The notes: generated by a model from the sequence alone, not told the origin. 64,000 nucleotides of DNA from Geobacteraceae bacterium (GCA_024641085.1 JAHEDT010000006.1:41856-105855); one strand, 5' to 3'. Shown: positions 35,820 to 46,022, counted from the stretch's first letter. Made by a program: numbers and translations.

Positions 35820-36437
35820 ATGAGTGATTGTTGCGAAACTTATCTCAAATTGGGTCACCAGGTCCCAGATTTTGAGATTGATACTTACGATCCAACTGTG
35901 AAAAATTTCGGTAAGATAAGCCTTGAGGGGCAAAAAAAAGCGGGCAAATGGACCATCCTGTTCTTCTATCCCGCTGACTTCACGTTTGTCTGAGCGACGG
36001 AATTTGCTGCTCTGTCAGAGCAGTACGCGCGCTTCAGTAAAATGGGTGCTGAAGTTGTTACCGTCAGCACCGATACGCAATATGTACACCTGGCGTGGCA
36101 GCGCCATGAAAAAGAACTTGCCAACGTGAAATACCCCATGGGAGCAGACCCGACCGGGAACTTGTCCCGCATGTTCGGCGTGTATGATGACTCTTCCGGC
36201 CTGGCTCTAAGGGGTACCTTCATCATTAATCCCTCAGGAATATTGATGAATTCCGAAATCAACTTTTACAACATGGGCCGGAATATCGACGAGTTGATGC
36301 GTAAATTCAAAGCGAACCTCTACCTGGCGAAAAAGAAGGATGAAGGCTGTCCGTCGAAATGGCAGGAGGAGGGAGACCAGACCCTCAAGCCTTCTCCCGA
36401 GATGGTCGGCAGGGTCCACGAAGCGTTGAACGAGTAG
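35820..36437 (+). CDS. 2-Cys peroxiredoxin (AhpC/Prx1 type) with selenocysteine (TGA 35991-35993) at the peroxidatic position
   Basis: AGGAGG at 35807-35812, 7 nt before ATG 35820. Track ORFs 35769..35993 and 36042..36437 are in the same frame. Read-through gives FFYPADFTFV-U-ATEFAALSEQY (canonical FYPxDFTFVCPTE), then RGTFIINP and the resolving-Cys motif DEGCPSKW. Confidence 0.85.
36006..36024 (+). promoter_or_regulatory. SECIS-like hairpin
   Basis: It starts 12 nt after the UGA. Stem G-U plus CUGCUC/GAGCAG, apical loop UGUCA containing GU. Confidence 0.55.
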
Positions 36438-36491
36438 CGGCTGAGCAAAGTTACAGAGATGATGCTCTGCAACGAGCGCCACAGGATGCCC

Positions 36492-36524
36492 AATGGCCTG
36501 TCCTTTCTGGATAGGCCATTTTTT
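36492..36524 (+). terminator. rho-independent terminator of the peroxiredoxin gene
   Basis: AATGGCCT / AGGCCATT stem, then a T-run to 36524. Confidence 0.8.
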
Positions 36525-36629
36525 ACGGGCCTAAAAACAAAAGAAAAGTACAACAAAACTTAAGTCATTGACGAACACCTCTGCGTTAAGCCGATTTTTT
36601 AGGTTGTTGTGCCTTAGGTTGTTGAGCCG

Positions 36630-36663
36630 AAAAAACAAGCCCCCCCGGAACCGGGGGGGCTTG
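36630..36663 (-). terminator. rho-independent terminator of uraA
   Basis: 13-bp GC-rich stem CAAGCCCCCCCGG / CCGGGGGGGCTTG, followed on the minus strand by TTTTTT (A-run 36630-36635). Confidence 0.85.
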
Positions 36664-36689
36664 TTGATTTGGGTACTGCCTCTCCAGGG

Positions 36690-38009
36690 CTACTGTTCCC
36701 GTCCCTTTGGCAGGATCAGGTTGAGCAGAACGCCGATGACCCCGGCCAGGCCAATGCCGCCAAGTTTGACCACCGCCAGATCGAAACTCATGCCGCCGAT
36801 ACCGAATACCAGGATGACGGCGACGATCGTCAGGTTGCGCGGCTGCATCAGATCGGTGCCTGCCCTGACCAGGGTGTTGATGCCGATGACGGCGATCGCG
36901 CCGAACAGCAGCACCATGATGCCACCCATGACCGGCACCGGAATGGTATTGAGAAATCCGCCCAGTTTGCCAACAAAGGCCAGCAGGACCGCTGTGATGG
37001 CCGCCCAGGTCATGATGAACGGGTTAAAGGAGCGGGTCAGAGCCACAGCCCCAGAGACCTCGGAATAGGTGGTGTTGGGCGGGCCGCCGAGGCAGGCGGC
37101 CAGGCTGGTGGCGAGGCCGTCGCCGAGCAGGGTTTTGTGGATGCCCGGATCATCGACGTAGTCTTTGCCGGTGATGCTGCCGATGGCCAGAATGTCGCCG
37201 AAATGTTCGATGGCCGGTGCGATCGCGACCGGCACGATGAAAAGGATGGCCTCGAGGTTCCAAACGGGCAGGGTGAATTCTGGCATGGCCAGCCACGGGG
37301 CGTCGAAGACCTTTTGCATCGAGATCAGGGTTGGTCCAGTCCAGTTCTGCAGCGTGCCGGGGTCGAACGTGGCCTGGATCGAAGCTGAGATCCCCGCCGC
37401 GTCAAGAAAAAAGGAGGCGAGATAGCCGGCGGCGATGCCGCAGAGGATCGGAATCAGCCGGAACATGCCTTTACCGAGCAGTGAGACCAGAACAGTGACG
37501 ACCAGGGCCGTTCCGGCGATGATGAAAGCCGTGGTTTGCGGAACCAGCCATGCGGCACCGTCACCGGTGCGCCCAGAAGCCATGTGCACCGCGACCGGAG
37601 CCAGGACCAGGCCGATGACCATAATGACCGGTCCAGTGACAATCGGCGGCAGGACCCGGTGCAATATATCGGAGCCGAAAATACGGATGGCAATGCTGGC
37701 TATGACGTAAAAGAGGCCCGCGGCAGCCAGGCCGCACATGGTGCCTGGGATGCCCCACTGCTGAACACCGTAGATGATCGGTGCGATGAAGGCGAAACTC
37801 GAGGCCAGGAAAACCGGAACTTTGCCGCGGGTGATGATTTGGAAGAGCAGGGTGCCGGCACCCGCTGTGAAGAGTGCGACGTTGGCATTGAGACCGGTCA
37901 ACAAGGGGACCAGGACCAGGGCGCCGAAGGCGACAAAGAGCATTTGCGCCCCGATGAGCATCTGTTTCGGGCTGAAGCTAAAGCGATTCTCCTGAGAGTT
38001 ACCAGACAT
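36690..38009 (-). CDS. uraA: uracil/xanthine permease (NCS2 family)
   Basis: Start ATG 38009 with an AGGAGG RBS. NCS2-type 14-TM protein. It sits downstream of upp, as in the E. coli upp-uraA operon. Confidence 0.85.
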   Translation of the reverse strand: MSGNSQENRFSFSPKQMLIGAQMLFVAFGALVLVPLLTGLNANVALFTAGAGTLLFQIITRGKVPVFLASSFAFIAPIIYGVQQWGIPGTMCGLAAAGLFYVIASIAIRIFGSDILHRVLPPIVTGPVIMVIGLVLAPVAVHMASGRTGDGAAWLVPQTTAFIIAGTALVVTVLVSLLGKGMFRLIPILCGIAAGYLASFFLDAAGISASIQATFDPGTLQNWTGPTLISMQKVFDAPWLAMPEFTLPVWNLEAILFIVPVAIAPAIEHFGDILAIGSITGKDYVDDPGIHKTLLGDGLATSLAACLGGPPNTTYSEVSGAVALTRSFNPFIMTWAAITAVLLAFVGKLGGFLNTIPVPVMGGIMVLLFGAIAVIGINTLVRAGTDLMQPRNLTIVAVILVFGIGGMSFDLAVVKLGGIGLAGVIGVLLNLILPKGREQ

Positions 38010-38206
38010 TGAATGACCTCCTGAAAATATTTTTGTAGCCGTCACCTAAAAGGATTGACAGGCAATAAACGTTTCCCAACACGTGGCTGCAGCAGCGCCA
38101 GAAAAAAAGCAAGCATCATGCGGGGACCGCACCATTAATTTACGTTCGCGGTTACCGCGTTCAACATCATTGAGTCGTTTTGGCCGTTGAGGGTTGGCCT
38201 GTCGAA

Positions 38207-38833
38207 CTATTTGGTGCCGAAAATCTTGTCGCCTGCGTCACCAAGGCCGGGCAGTATGTAGCCGACTTCGTTTAAACGCTCGTCGATGGCCGCCACATAG
38301 ATGTCAACATCCGGATGGCTCGCCTGCAGGGCGTTGATCCCTTCCGGGGCCGCTACCAGGAAGAGCCCCTTGATCTTTTTGCAACCGGCATCTTTGAGCA
38401 TGTCGATTGCGGCGATCACGCTGCCGCCGGTAGCCAGCATCGGATCGAGGATCATCGCGATCCGGTCGCCCATCTGACTGGTGAATTTCTTATAGTAGGC
38501 GACCGGCTCCAGGGTCTCTTCGTTGCGGTACAGGCCGACCACGCTGACCCGTGCGCTCGGGATCAGGTCGAGGACGCCGTCCATCATGCCGAGGCCGGCG
38601 CGCAGGATCGGCACCACGGTAATTTTTTTCCCCTTGATGCTGTCGACCGTTACCGGTCCGGCCCAACCTTGGATGCTTTCCTGCTCCGTTTCCAGGTCGC
38701 TGGTTGCTTCATAGGTCAGCAGGCGGGCGACTTCCGAAGCCAGTTCGCGAAAATCCTTGGTGCTGATTCCTTCGCGGCGCATCAGGCCGAGTTTGTGGCG
38801 TACCAACGGGTGCTTGATTTCATGGACCGACAC
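38207..38833 (-). CDS. upp: uracil phosphoribosyltransferase
   Basis: GTG 38833 with AAGGAG 6 nt upstream gives (M)[23 protein letters not shown] motif [12 protein letters not shown]. 208 aa. Confidence 0.9.
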   Translation of the reverse strand: MSVHEIKHPLVRHKLGLMRREGISTKDFRELASEVARLLTYEATSDLETEQESIQGWAGPVTVDSIKGKKITVVPILRAGLGMMDGVLDLIPSARVSVVGLYRNEETLEPVAYYKKFTSQMGDRIAMILDPMLATGGSVIAAIDMLKDAGCKKIKGLFLVAAPEGINALQASHPDVDIYVAAIDERLNEVGYILPGLGDAGDKIFGTK

Positions 38834-38990
38834 GATTTTCTCCTTGGGGGGTGGACTTCGTTGCTCAAAAAAACAAGACAAGCTAACATGGCACATACTT
38901 TTCGGCAAGCAATTGAATGATGATGTAAGGTCACGGGAAAGTTGCTTCACCCGTAGCCTTGATGGAGACAAATCTGCTATCGTGGTTCCC

Positions 38991-39416
38991 ATGAGTAACT
39001 TGTGCACATCAATCACTGCGGAAATGCCGTTGCTGGTCACGGCGGCCATCATCTTTGCCGGCGAGAAAGTTCTGGTCACCAGGCGTCCGGACAACAAGCG
39101 CCACCCTGGACTCTGGGAATTCCCCGGCGGCAAAATCGACTCCGGAGAGAGCCCGGAGATGGCTTTGGCTCGAGAAATTCGAGAAGAACTCGGTGCCGAA
39201 ATCGGGGTCGAAGGGATCTTCGAGGCGGTTTATTATCGTTACGATTGGGGTCCCGTTCTGGTCCTTGCCTACACCTGCCGGCTCCTGACCGGGCCCCTCC
39301 ATAACATCGGTGTTGCCGAGCATTGTTGGGCCCACCCTCGCGACCTCGTTGATTTCCCTTTTCTTCCTGCAGACCAGCCGATTATCAACCGCCTGATCGG
39401 CTGTGGCGCTTCCTGA
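38991..39416 (+). CDS. mutT: MutT-type NUDIX (deoxy)nucleoside triphosphate pyrophosphohydrolase
   Basis: Nudix box [23 protein letters not shown]. Start is ATG 38991 or ATG 39024. The longer track ORF overlaps upp antisense. Confidence 0.8.
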   Translation: MSNLCTSITAEMPLLVTAAIIFAGEKVLVTRRPDNKRHPGLWEFPGGKIDSGESPEMALAREIREELGAEIGVEGIFEAVYYRYDWGPVLVLAYTCRLLTGPLHNIGVAEHCWAHPRDLVDFPFLPADQPIINRLIGCGAS

Positions 39417-39686
39417 GAACCCTTTCTGTGAATTTTTTTCAAGATTTTTAAAACGGTATTTTTGTTGTTTCGTGGATTCTCATTGAAGTGGGTAAAGCCG
39501 TAGTATTCCCGGTTAAATCCCTGTATAAATTGATAAAATTCCCCAATATATGGGATTTTTTATAATCTGTGGTCTGGTAAATCGGATACTTTTTAAGGTT
39601 ATCCTTGACAATAATAAAACAGCGTATTACTTTATTGATGGTTTGTTTCCAACTGGCTTTCCCTTGGTTGCAATAAGGAGTGACCG

Positions 39687-40451
39687 GTGCCTTCCAGAGA
39701 TAAGGAGTCCTACTCCATACAGGCCGTTGAAAATGCCCTCGATGTTCTGGAGGCCCTCAGCGAGATTGACGATGATGTCCGGATCAGTCAATTGAGCGAA
39801 AAGCTGGCCATGAACAAAACGAGTGTTTTTCGTCTGCTGGCAACATTTGAAAATCGTGGCTACGTCGAACGGGAGGAGCGCTCGGGAAAGTATCGACTGG
39901 GGCTTTCCGCCTATGAAATAGGCCAGAAATTCCTCTCCCGTATGGGGTTGCTGAGACATGCCCGGCCGGTTGTCGAACGGCTGGCACGCGGTTGCAACGA
40001 GGCTGTGTATATTGCCGTGCGTCGTCGCCATGAAGTCCTCTTGCTGGATATGGTAGATACCACGCAGAAGGTGAAAATCGTCCCTCTGGTTGGCGGCCGT
40101 TACCCCCTCGAGACGACAGCTGCCGGTCAGGTTCTTCTTGCCTTCCAGGAGCCTCCTGAGCGCCATGTCACCGACACGGCCATGGCAATGGTCAACCAGC
40201 TTGCAAGGATCCAAAGCCGCGGTTTCGCCCTGGATAGCGGCGCCTTGGGAGAGGGGATCGCCAGCGTGGCGGCCCCGATTTTTGGTGGTGGCGGAAAGCT
40301 GCACGGTGTCCTCTGTGTGGTCGGGCCGGAATTCAGGCTTTCGCAAGAATTTATAGAAAACCAGATCCTGTCACAACTGCTTGATACGTGCGGCATCATC
40401 TCCTCCAAACTGGGTTGGCATTCTTCCTACATCCCCCGCACTCAGGCCTGA
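39687..40451 (+). CDS. IclR family transcriptional regulator
   Basis: AAGGAG 6 nt before GTG 39687. N-terminal wHTH SIQAVENALDVLEAL...LSEKLAMNKTSVFRLL and a C-terminal IclR effector domain. Confidence 0.85.
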   Translation: MPSRDKESYSIQAVENALDVLEALSEIDDDVRISQLSEKLAMNKTSVFRLLATFENRGYVEREERSGKYRLGLSAYEIGQKFLSRMGLLRHARPVVERLARGCNEAVYIAVRRRHEVLLLDMVDTTQKVKIVPLVGGRYPLETTAAGQVLLAFQEPPERHVTDTAMAMVNQLARIQSRGFALDSGALGEGIASVAAPIFGGGGKLHGVLCVVGPEFRLSQEFIENQILSQLLDTCGIISSKLGWHSSYIPRTQA

Positions 40452-40761
40452 TCGGCTACCTGTCCGGGCCTGTCGGTATCCCCGATGGGCCAGCGCTGTC
40501 GGACCCGAGTCTCCCGGGGCGAATGCCCGCCAGTTGCAGAAACACCTCTTCCTGGTCTAACGTGTGCAGAATTAATCTCGAATTCCCTCCAGAGGAGCGT
40601 AACCCCGCGAGCGCGATCCAATGCACCGCTCATTTGGGGGAATTGAACCCGCGATTCGTCATGAAAGAGATTGCTCTGTTTGTGCGATGGATGATAATTT
40701 ATCTTTGAACGTGCAGAGCTGTGCCACAGTATCTATCCACCATAAGACCCTGTATTCATCT

Positions 40762-42675
40762 ATGCCACTGATCAAGCATTTGCAGGAAACGGAGCCTTTC
40801 AGCCAACTACCCGAGTCGGTTTTCGTCGCACTGCGTGAGGCTGCGATACAAAAAAAATATCCGGCCAACTATGATATTTTCAAACAGAACGACCCGCCGA
40901 CGGGTTTTCTCTACGTGATCAAAGAAGGACTGGTGGCGATCACCCTGGTTTCGCCGGGGGGGATCGACATGGTGGTCGATTACCGCAAGGAGGGACAGTT
41001 CTTTGGCGGGACCCCGATCTTCACGGGTGAGCCATACTCAGGCGGTGCCCGTACCGTCAAACCAACAGTGTGCTATCTGATCCCCGAGGAAATCCTCCAT
41101 GAATTACAGAAAAACACACCGCAACTCGGTCGTTTCTTCACCCGGACGGTCCTGTCCCGGGTGCGCAAGCTCTACTCGGAGATCGTAGCGGAGCATTCCG
41201 GGGCGGCCTTAACCCAAATGGAAGCCTATCCGTTCAAGAAACGGCTTTCCGAAATCATGTCCTCTCCCGTGGTGACCTGCTCCCCGGAAACACCGGTGGG
41301 AGCGGTTGCCCGTAAACTGACTGAACACGGCATCAGCTTCCTGGCGGTGGTCAACCCTGACAACGAACCGCTCGGGATTATTTCCGGCAGCGACCTGGTT
41401 GCCAAGGTCCTGGCCCCGCAGGATGTTGACGCCAGGGCGATGACGGCCCATGATGTCATGCGTCCCGGGCCGCGCACCATGACCCCGGAGACCTTCATGT
41501 ACGAAGCGATGGCGCTAATGAGCCGCCATGGTCTCAATCACCTGCTGGTCGTTGACCGCAATCAACTGGTCGGTGTCGTCACGCCGCGCGATTTGATGCG
41601 CTACCGTTCGCAGAAAGCCCTGCTGCTGCTCGGCAACATCCGCGAGGAGAAGAGCCTCGAGGGGTTGGCGCTGATTCACAAGGAAATCGTGAGGGTTGCC
41701 CGTACCTTGCTCTCCGAGACCCGCAGCACCCAGGAAGTCATGGAGATATTGACCCATATTCATCATGCGATCATCAGCCGTACCTACCAGCTATGCCTTG
41801 ACGAAATGGCCCTTGAAGGGCTGACCGTCCCGGATGTTCGCCACTGTTTCCTGATCATGGGGAGTGCCGGTCGCCGCGAGATGCTGCTGCACCCTGACCA
41901 GGACAACGGTTTTATCTTCGAAGATTTCCCCGCAGAGCGCCAGGCAGAAGTCGATGCTTTTTTCCAGCCCTTCAGTGAAAAGCTCAACCTCGCTCTTGAC
42001 CGGGTCGGGTATCCCCTCTGTGATGGCGATGTCATGGCCCGCAATCCAGCCTGGCGTGGCCGTCTGGTCGATTGGCAGGAACGTCTCAACAGCTGGCTGC
42101 TCGACCCTGAGCCGACTCATGTGAGAAATTCTTCGATTTTCTTCGATTTCCTGCCGTTGGTGGGCGATGTTGACCTGACCCACACTTTGCGAGATATGGT
42201 TGCCAGGGGGATCGAAACACACCAGGGCTTTCTGTACCACATGATGACCCTTGACCTGCGCTACAAGGTGCCGCTCGGTCTTTTGGGCCGTTTCCAGATA
42301 GAAAAAGAGGGTGCCCATGCCGGTATGCTCTCTGTCAAATATGGCGGCTCTGTCTACATTGTTGACTGCGTGCGAATGTTTGCGCTTGAAAGAGGTGTCC
42401 AGGCCATTTCCACCATGGAGCGCCTCCAGACGCTGGTGGCCGAGAACGTATTCGCTACCGAGACCGCAGAGCATATACGGGCGGCCTTCGAAGCCCTGAT
42501 TTTCTTGCGCCTGCGCCATGAGATCTGCCTGATCGAGGCCAGTCGGCCCCCCTCGCATTTTCTTGATCCTTATGCTTTGAGTAAAACCGAGCAGGACCTC
42601 CTGAAAGAGTCTTTTCAGGCCGTCGCGAAACTCCAGGATGCCTCCAAGCGCCACTTCTCCCGAGCACCCTTCTGA
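40762..42675 (+). CDS. cyclic-nucleotide-binding + tandem CBS + DUF294 nucleotidyltransferase-like protein
   Basis: cNMP-binding beta-roll (FGGTPIFTGEPYSGGART), two CBS motifs, then the DUF294/DUF294_C region (FLIMGSAGRREMLLHPDQDNGFIF). The start is uncertain (ATG 40762 or 40687). Confidence 0.82.
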   Translation: MPLIKHLQETEPFSQLPESVFVALREAAIQKKYPANYDIFKQNDPPTGFLYVIKEGLVAITLVSPGGIDMVVDYRKEGQFFGGTPIFTGEPYSGGARTVKPTVCYLIPEEILHELQKNTPQLGRFFTRTVLSRVRKLYSEIVAEHSGAALTQMEAYPFKKRLSEIMSSPVVTCSPETPVGAVARKLTEHGISFLAVVNPDNEPLGIISGSDLVAKVLAPQDVDARAMTAHDVMRPGPRTMTPETFMYEAMALMSRHGLNHLLVVDRNQLVGVVTPRDLMRYRSQKALLLLGNIREEKSLEGLALIHKEIVRVARTLLSETRSTQEVMEILTHIHHAIISRTYQLCLDEMALEGLTVPDVRHCFLIMGSAGRREMLLHPDQDNGFIFEDFPAERQAEVDAFFQPFSEKLNLALDRVGYPLCDGDVMARNPAWRGRLVDWQERLNSWLLDPEPTHVRNSSIFFDFLPLVGDVDLTHTLRDMVARGIETHQGFLYHMMTLDLRYKVPLGLLGRFQIEKEGAHAGMLSVKYGGSVYIVDCVRMFALERGVQAISTMERLQTLVAENVFATETAEHIRAAFEALIFLRLRHEICLIEASRPPSHFLDPYALSKTEQDLLKESFQAVAKLQDASKRHFSRAPF

Positions 42676-42729
42676 CCTCCAATGGGTCGACAGTGCCCGA
42701 CAGAATCCGACCAACATAGGCTGAGGGCA

Positions 42730-42750
42730 CCCCCTCTCAGGGGGTTTTTT
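42730..42750 (+). terminator. rho-independent terminator
   Basis: CCCCCT / AGGGGG stem with a 3-nt loop, then TTTTTT. Confidence 0.7.
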
Positions 42751-42782
42751 GCGCCGCGGGTCAGGTTTTCTCCCTGGCAGGA

Positions 42783-42811
42783 TTGACAAACCTCATCTTT
42801 GTGAAATAAAT
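42783..42811 (+). promoter_or_regulatory. candidate sigma70 promoter of pepP
   Basis: TTGACA (42783-42788), 17-nt spacer, ATAAAT (42806-42811). Confidence 0.4.
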
Positions 42812-42928
42812 GCCTGAAGGCAAAGGCGCTCGTTCACTTGATCTACAGGGCAGGTCGATCTGCTGGAGTTGACCGGCAAGCCTGTTATCACGTGTGCGCA
42901 GCAGCGGAACAATTTATAGGGACGCTCC

Positions 42929-44332
42929 ATGTTCGCCGTCGAAATCTACCAGAAACGCCGCCGTCGCCTGGTGAAGCAGGTTGAGAGTGGCTTGATCCTG
43001 CTGCTCGGCAACGTCGACTCGCCGTACAATGCCTGCGACAACTGCTACCCTTTCCGCCAGGACAGCAGTTTCCTCTATTTCTGCGGACTCGACCGGCCAG
43101 GTTTGGCGCTGCTGCTCGATGTAGATGAAGAGCGCGAAACCCTGTTCGGCAATGAGCAGACCGAGCAGCATCTCATCTGGAGCGGTGCGCAGCCGTCGCT
43201 GCAGGATCAGGCAGGTCAGGCCGGGATCGGCACGGCGATGTCCCTCGATGCGCTCAGGGACGCCATGCGCACGGCGCTCACCGCTGGCCGCACCATTCAT
43301 TGTCTGCCGACCTGCCGGGCTGAAAACGTCCTGTCGCTCGCCGGATTGCTGGACCAGCCCGTGTCCGCTGCCAGGGCGTTGGTTTCCAAAGCCCTGATCC
43401 GGGCGGTTGTCGAACTGCGATCGGTCAAGGGCCCGGAAGAGATTCGGGAATTGGACGCCGCGGCCGATCTGGGGTGGCAGCTGCATACGGCCGCGATGAG
43501 TATGGCCCGGCCTGGGGTTTACGAATGGCAGGTTGCCGGAGAATTGCAGGCGGTTGCGGCCCGCGCCGATCGACAACTGGCCTTCCCGCCGATCGTGACC
43601 ACCCGGGGAGAAATTCTGCATAACCACCAGCGGGGCAACCCGTTACGCCCTGGGGACCTGCTGCTCGTCGATTGCGGGGTCGAAAGCCGTCTGCACTATG
43701 CTTCGGATCACACCCGCACACTCCCGGTTGGTGGATCGTTCACATCAAGACAACGCGACATCTACCTGGCGGTCCTGGCCTGCATGGATCGTGCACGGTC
43801 CTTGATCCGGCCCGGGATTCCTTACCTGGAGGTCCACCGGGACGTCTGCCGGACTCTGGTCACTGCCCTGCAGGACCTGGAATTGATGCGGGGAGATGCC
43901 GAGCAGGCCGTTGCTGAAGGGGCCCACGCCCTCTTCATGCCCCACGGGCTCGGTCACATGCTCGGTCTGGATGTCCATGACATGGAAGACCTCGGTGAGG
44001 ATTATGTCGGCTACGACGACACTATCCACCGCTCAAACCAGTTCGGCACCTCTGCTCTGCGCCTTGGGCGCGAGCTCAGGGAAGGCTTCGTACTGACGGT
44101 GGAACCGGGTCTTTATTTCATCCCGGCGCTGATTGAGAAGTGGAAAAATGCAGATCGGCATGCAGAATTCATAAATTATACTAAACTGTCAGAGTACTTG
44201 GACTTCGGCGGCCTTCGTCTGGAAGATGATCTCCTGGTAACCGCAGGGGGAAACCGTCTGCTCGGCAAGCCGATCCCGGTCGGAATTGACGAGATAGAAA
44301 GTCGAACAGGTGAATCCCCTGGCAATCTTTAG
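42929..44332 (+). CDS. pepP: Xaa-Pro aminopeptidase (M24B, PepP-like)
   Basis: AMP_N-like N-terminus. Metal ligands occur in DCGVESRLHYASDHTRT, HGLGHMLGLDVHD and LTVEPGLYF...LRLEDD. Confidence 0.87.
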   Translation: MFAVEIYQKRRRRLVKQVESGLILLLGNVDSPYNACDNCYPFRQDSSFLYFCGLDRPGLALLLDVDEERETLFGNEQTEQHLIWSGAQPSLQDQAGQAGIGTAMSLDALRDAMRTALTAGRTIHCLPTCRAENVLSLAGLLDQPVSAARALVSKALIRAVVELRSVKGPEEIRELDAAADLGWQLHTAAMSMARPGVYEWQVAGELQAVAARADRQLAFPPIVTTRGEILHNHQRGNPLRPGDLLLVDCGVESRLHYASDHTRTLPVGGSFTSRQRDIYLAVLACMDRARSLIRPGIPYLEVHRDVCRTLVTALQDLELMRGDAEQAVAEGAHALFMPHGLGHMLGLDVHDMEDLGEDYVGYDDTIHRSNQFGTSALRLGRELREGFVLTVEPGLYFIPALIEKWKNADRHAEFINYTKLSEYLDFGGLRLEDDLLVTAGGNRLLGKPIPVGIDEIESRTGESPGNL

Positions 44333-44429
44333 CTGACTACACTACATTTAATCCAGGTATGACCTGAATCCGTCATCGTGGCCCATTCAGGGCGTGCCTG
44401 CCAGCCAAATTGAAGAGGAGGCTTTTATA

Positions 44430-46022
44430 ATGCGGAAAATAACGACACGATTGCTGCCTGTCCTGTTGCTGTTAATTTGCTTCAGCCAGGCACAGGCCAA
44501 GACTCTGGTTTACTGTTCCGAAGGCAGCCCTGAAGGTTTTGCTCCGGCACTCTATACGGCCGGAACGACCTTCGATGCGAGCTCAAGAACTGTGTTCGAA
44601 GGTTTGACACACTTTATTCGCGGCACCACCGAGATCGAACCCGGTATGGCCGAAAGCTGGGAGGTCTCTGCCGACGGCAAGAGCTACACCTTCAAGCTGC
44701 GCAAAGGCGTCAAGTTCCACTCGGCCAAGCATTTCAAGCCCAGTCGCAACATGAATGCCGATGATGTTATCTTCACCTTCGAACGGCAGTGGAAAAAGGA
44801 GCATCCCTTCTACGCCGTATCTGGCGGCAACTACGAGTATTTCAACGGCATGTCGATGCCCGACCTGTTGAACAGCATCGAAAAAGTCGATGACTACACG
44901 GTCAAGTTCAACCTGAACCGTCCGGAAGCTCCTATGCTTGCCAACCTGGCAATGGACTTCGCCGTGATTCAGTCGGCAGAATACGCTGACAAGATGCTGA
45001 AGGCCGGCACCCCTGAAAAGGTCGACCAGTGGCCGATCGGGACCGGTCCATTCGTTTTTGAGGGGTACAAGAAGGATGCCCAGATTCGCTACACGGCGTT
45101 CACGAATTACTGGAAAGGCAAGGCGCCAATCGACAAGCTGGTGTTCGCCATCACCCCCGATGCCTCGGTGCGCTACGCGAAACTCAAGGCCGGCGAGTGC
45201 CAGGTGATGCCTTATCCGAACCCGGCTGACCTGGCGGCCATGAAAGCCGACCCGAAGATCAACCTGATGCAGAAGGAAGGGCTCAATGTGGGGTACCTGG
45301 CGTATAATACCTTGACGAAGCCTTTCGACGACGTCAGGGTCCGCAAGGCTCTGAACCACGCTATCAACAAGTCGGCGATTATCGACACCGTCTTCCAGGG
45401 GGCCGGCAAGCCGGCCAAGAACCCGATTCCGCCGACCATCTGGTCCTACAATGATGCCACTGTGGACGACGCTTTTGACCTGGCGACCGCCAAAAAACTG
45501 CTCGCCGAGGCCGGATTCCCCAATGGCTTCGAGACGAAAATCTGGGCGATGCCGGTGCAGCGTCCCTACAATCCAAACGCCCGCCGCATGGCCGAAGTCA
45601 TCCAGGCCGACTGGGCCAAGGTCGGCGTCAAGGCCGAGATCGTGTCCTACGAGTGGGGTGAGTATCTGAAGCGTTCCAAGGACAAGGATCGCGACGGCGC
45701 CGTGCTGCTCGGCTGGACCGGTGACAACGGCGACCCGGACAACTTCCTCGCCGTGCTGCTTGGCTGCGACGCAGTGGGCGGTGCCAACCGCGCCCAGTGG
45801 TGCAATCAAGAGTTCGAGGCCCTGATCCAGAAAGCCAAGGTGGTGGCCGATCCGAAGGAGCGTACCAAGCTCTACGAGCAGGCCCAGATCGTCTTCAAAG
45901 AGCAGGCCCCGTGGGCAACCATCGCCCACTCTATGGTCTTCGAGCCGCTCAGCAAGGATGTCGTCAACTACAAGATCGACCCCTTGGGCGGGCATATCTT
46001 CTACGGGGTCGACCTGAAGTAA
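44430..46022 (+). CDS. dppA: ABC transporter substrate-binding protein, family 5 (dipeptide/oligopeptide)
   Basis: GAGGAGG RBS precedes ATG 44430. Signal peptide. SBP_bac_5-like sequence throughout. Confidence 0.87.
   Translation: MRKITTRLLPVLLLLICFSQAQAKTLVYCSEGSPEGFAPALYTAGTTFDASSRTVFEGLTHFIRGTTEIEPGMAESWEVSADGKSYTFKLRKGVKFHSAKHFKPSRNMNADDVIFTFERQWKKEHPFYAVSGGNYEYFNGMSMPDLLNSIEKVDDYTVKFNLNRPEAPMLANLAMDFAVIQSAEYADKMLKAGTPEKVDQWPIGTGPFVFEGYKKDAQIRYTAFTNYWKGKAPIDKLVFAITPDASVRYAKLKAGECQVMPYPNPADLAAMKADPKINLMQKEGLNVGYLAYNTLTKPFDDVRVRKALNHAINKSAIIDTVFQGAGKPAKNPIPPTIWSYNDATVDDAFDLATAKKLLAEAGFPNGFETKIWAMPVQRPYNPNARRMAEVIQADWAKVGVKAEIVSYEWGEYLKRSKDKDRDGAVLLGWTGDNGDPDNFLAVLLGCDAVGGANRAQWCNQEFEALIQKAKVVADPKERTKLYEQAQIVFKEQAPWATIAHSMVFEPLSKDVVNYKIDPLGGHIFYGVDLK

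Noticed and set aside
36599-36624. Direct repeat TTAGGTTGTTG x2 (period 15), possible CRISPR or tandem repeat
   Set aside because: There are only two copies of 11 bp and no array structure. No CRISPR-like arrays were seen anywhere in the window.
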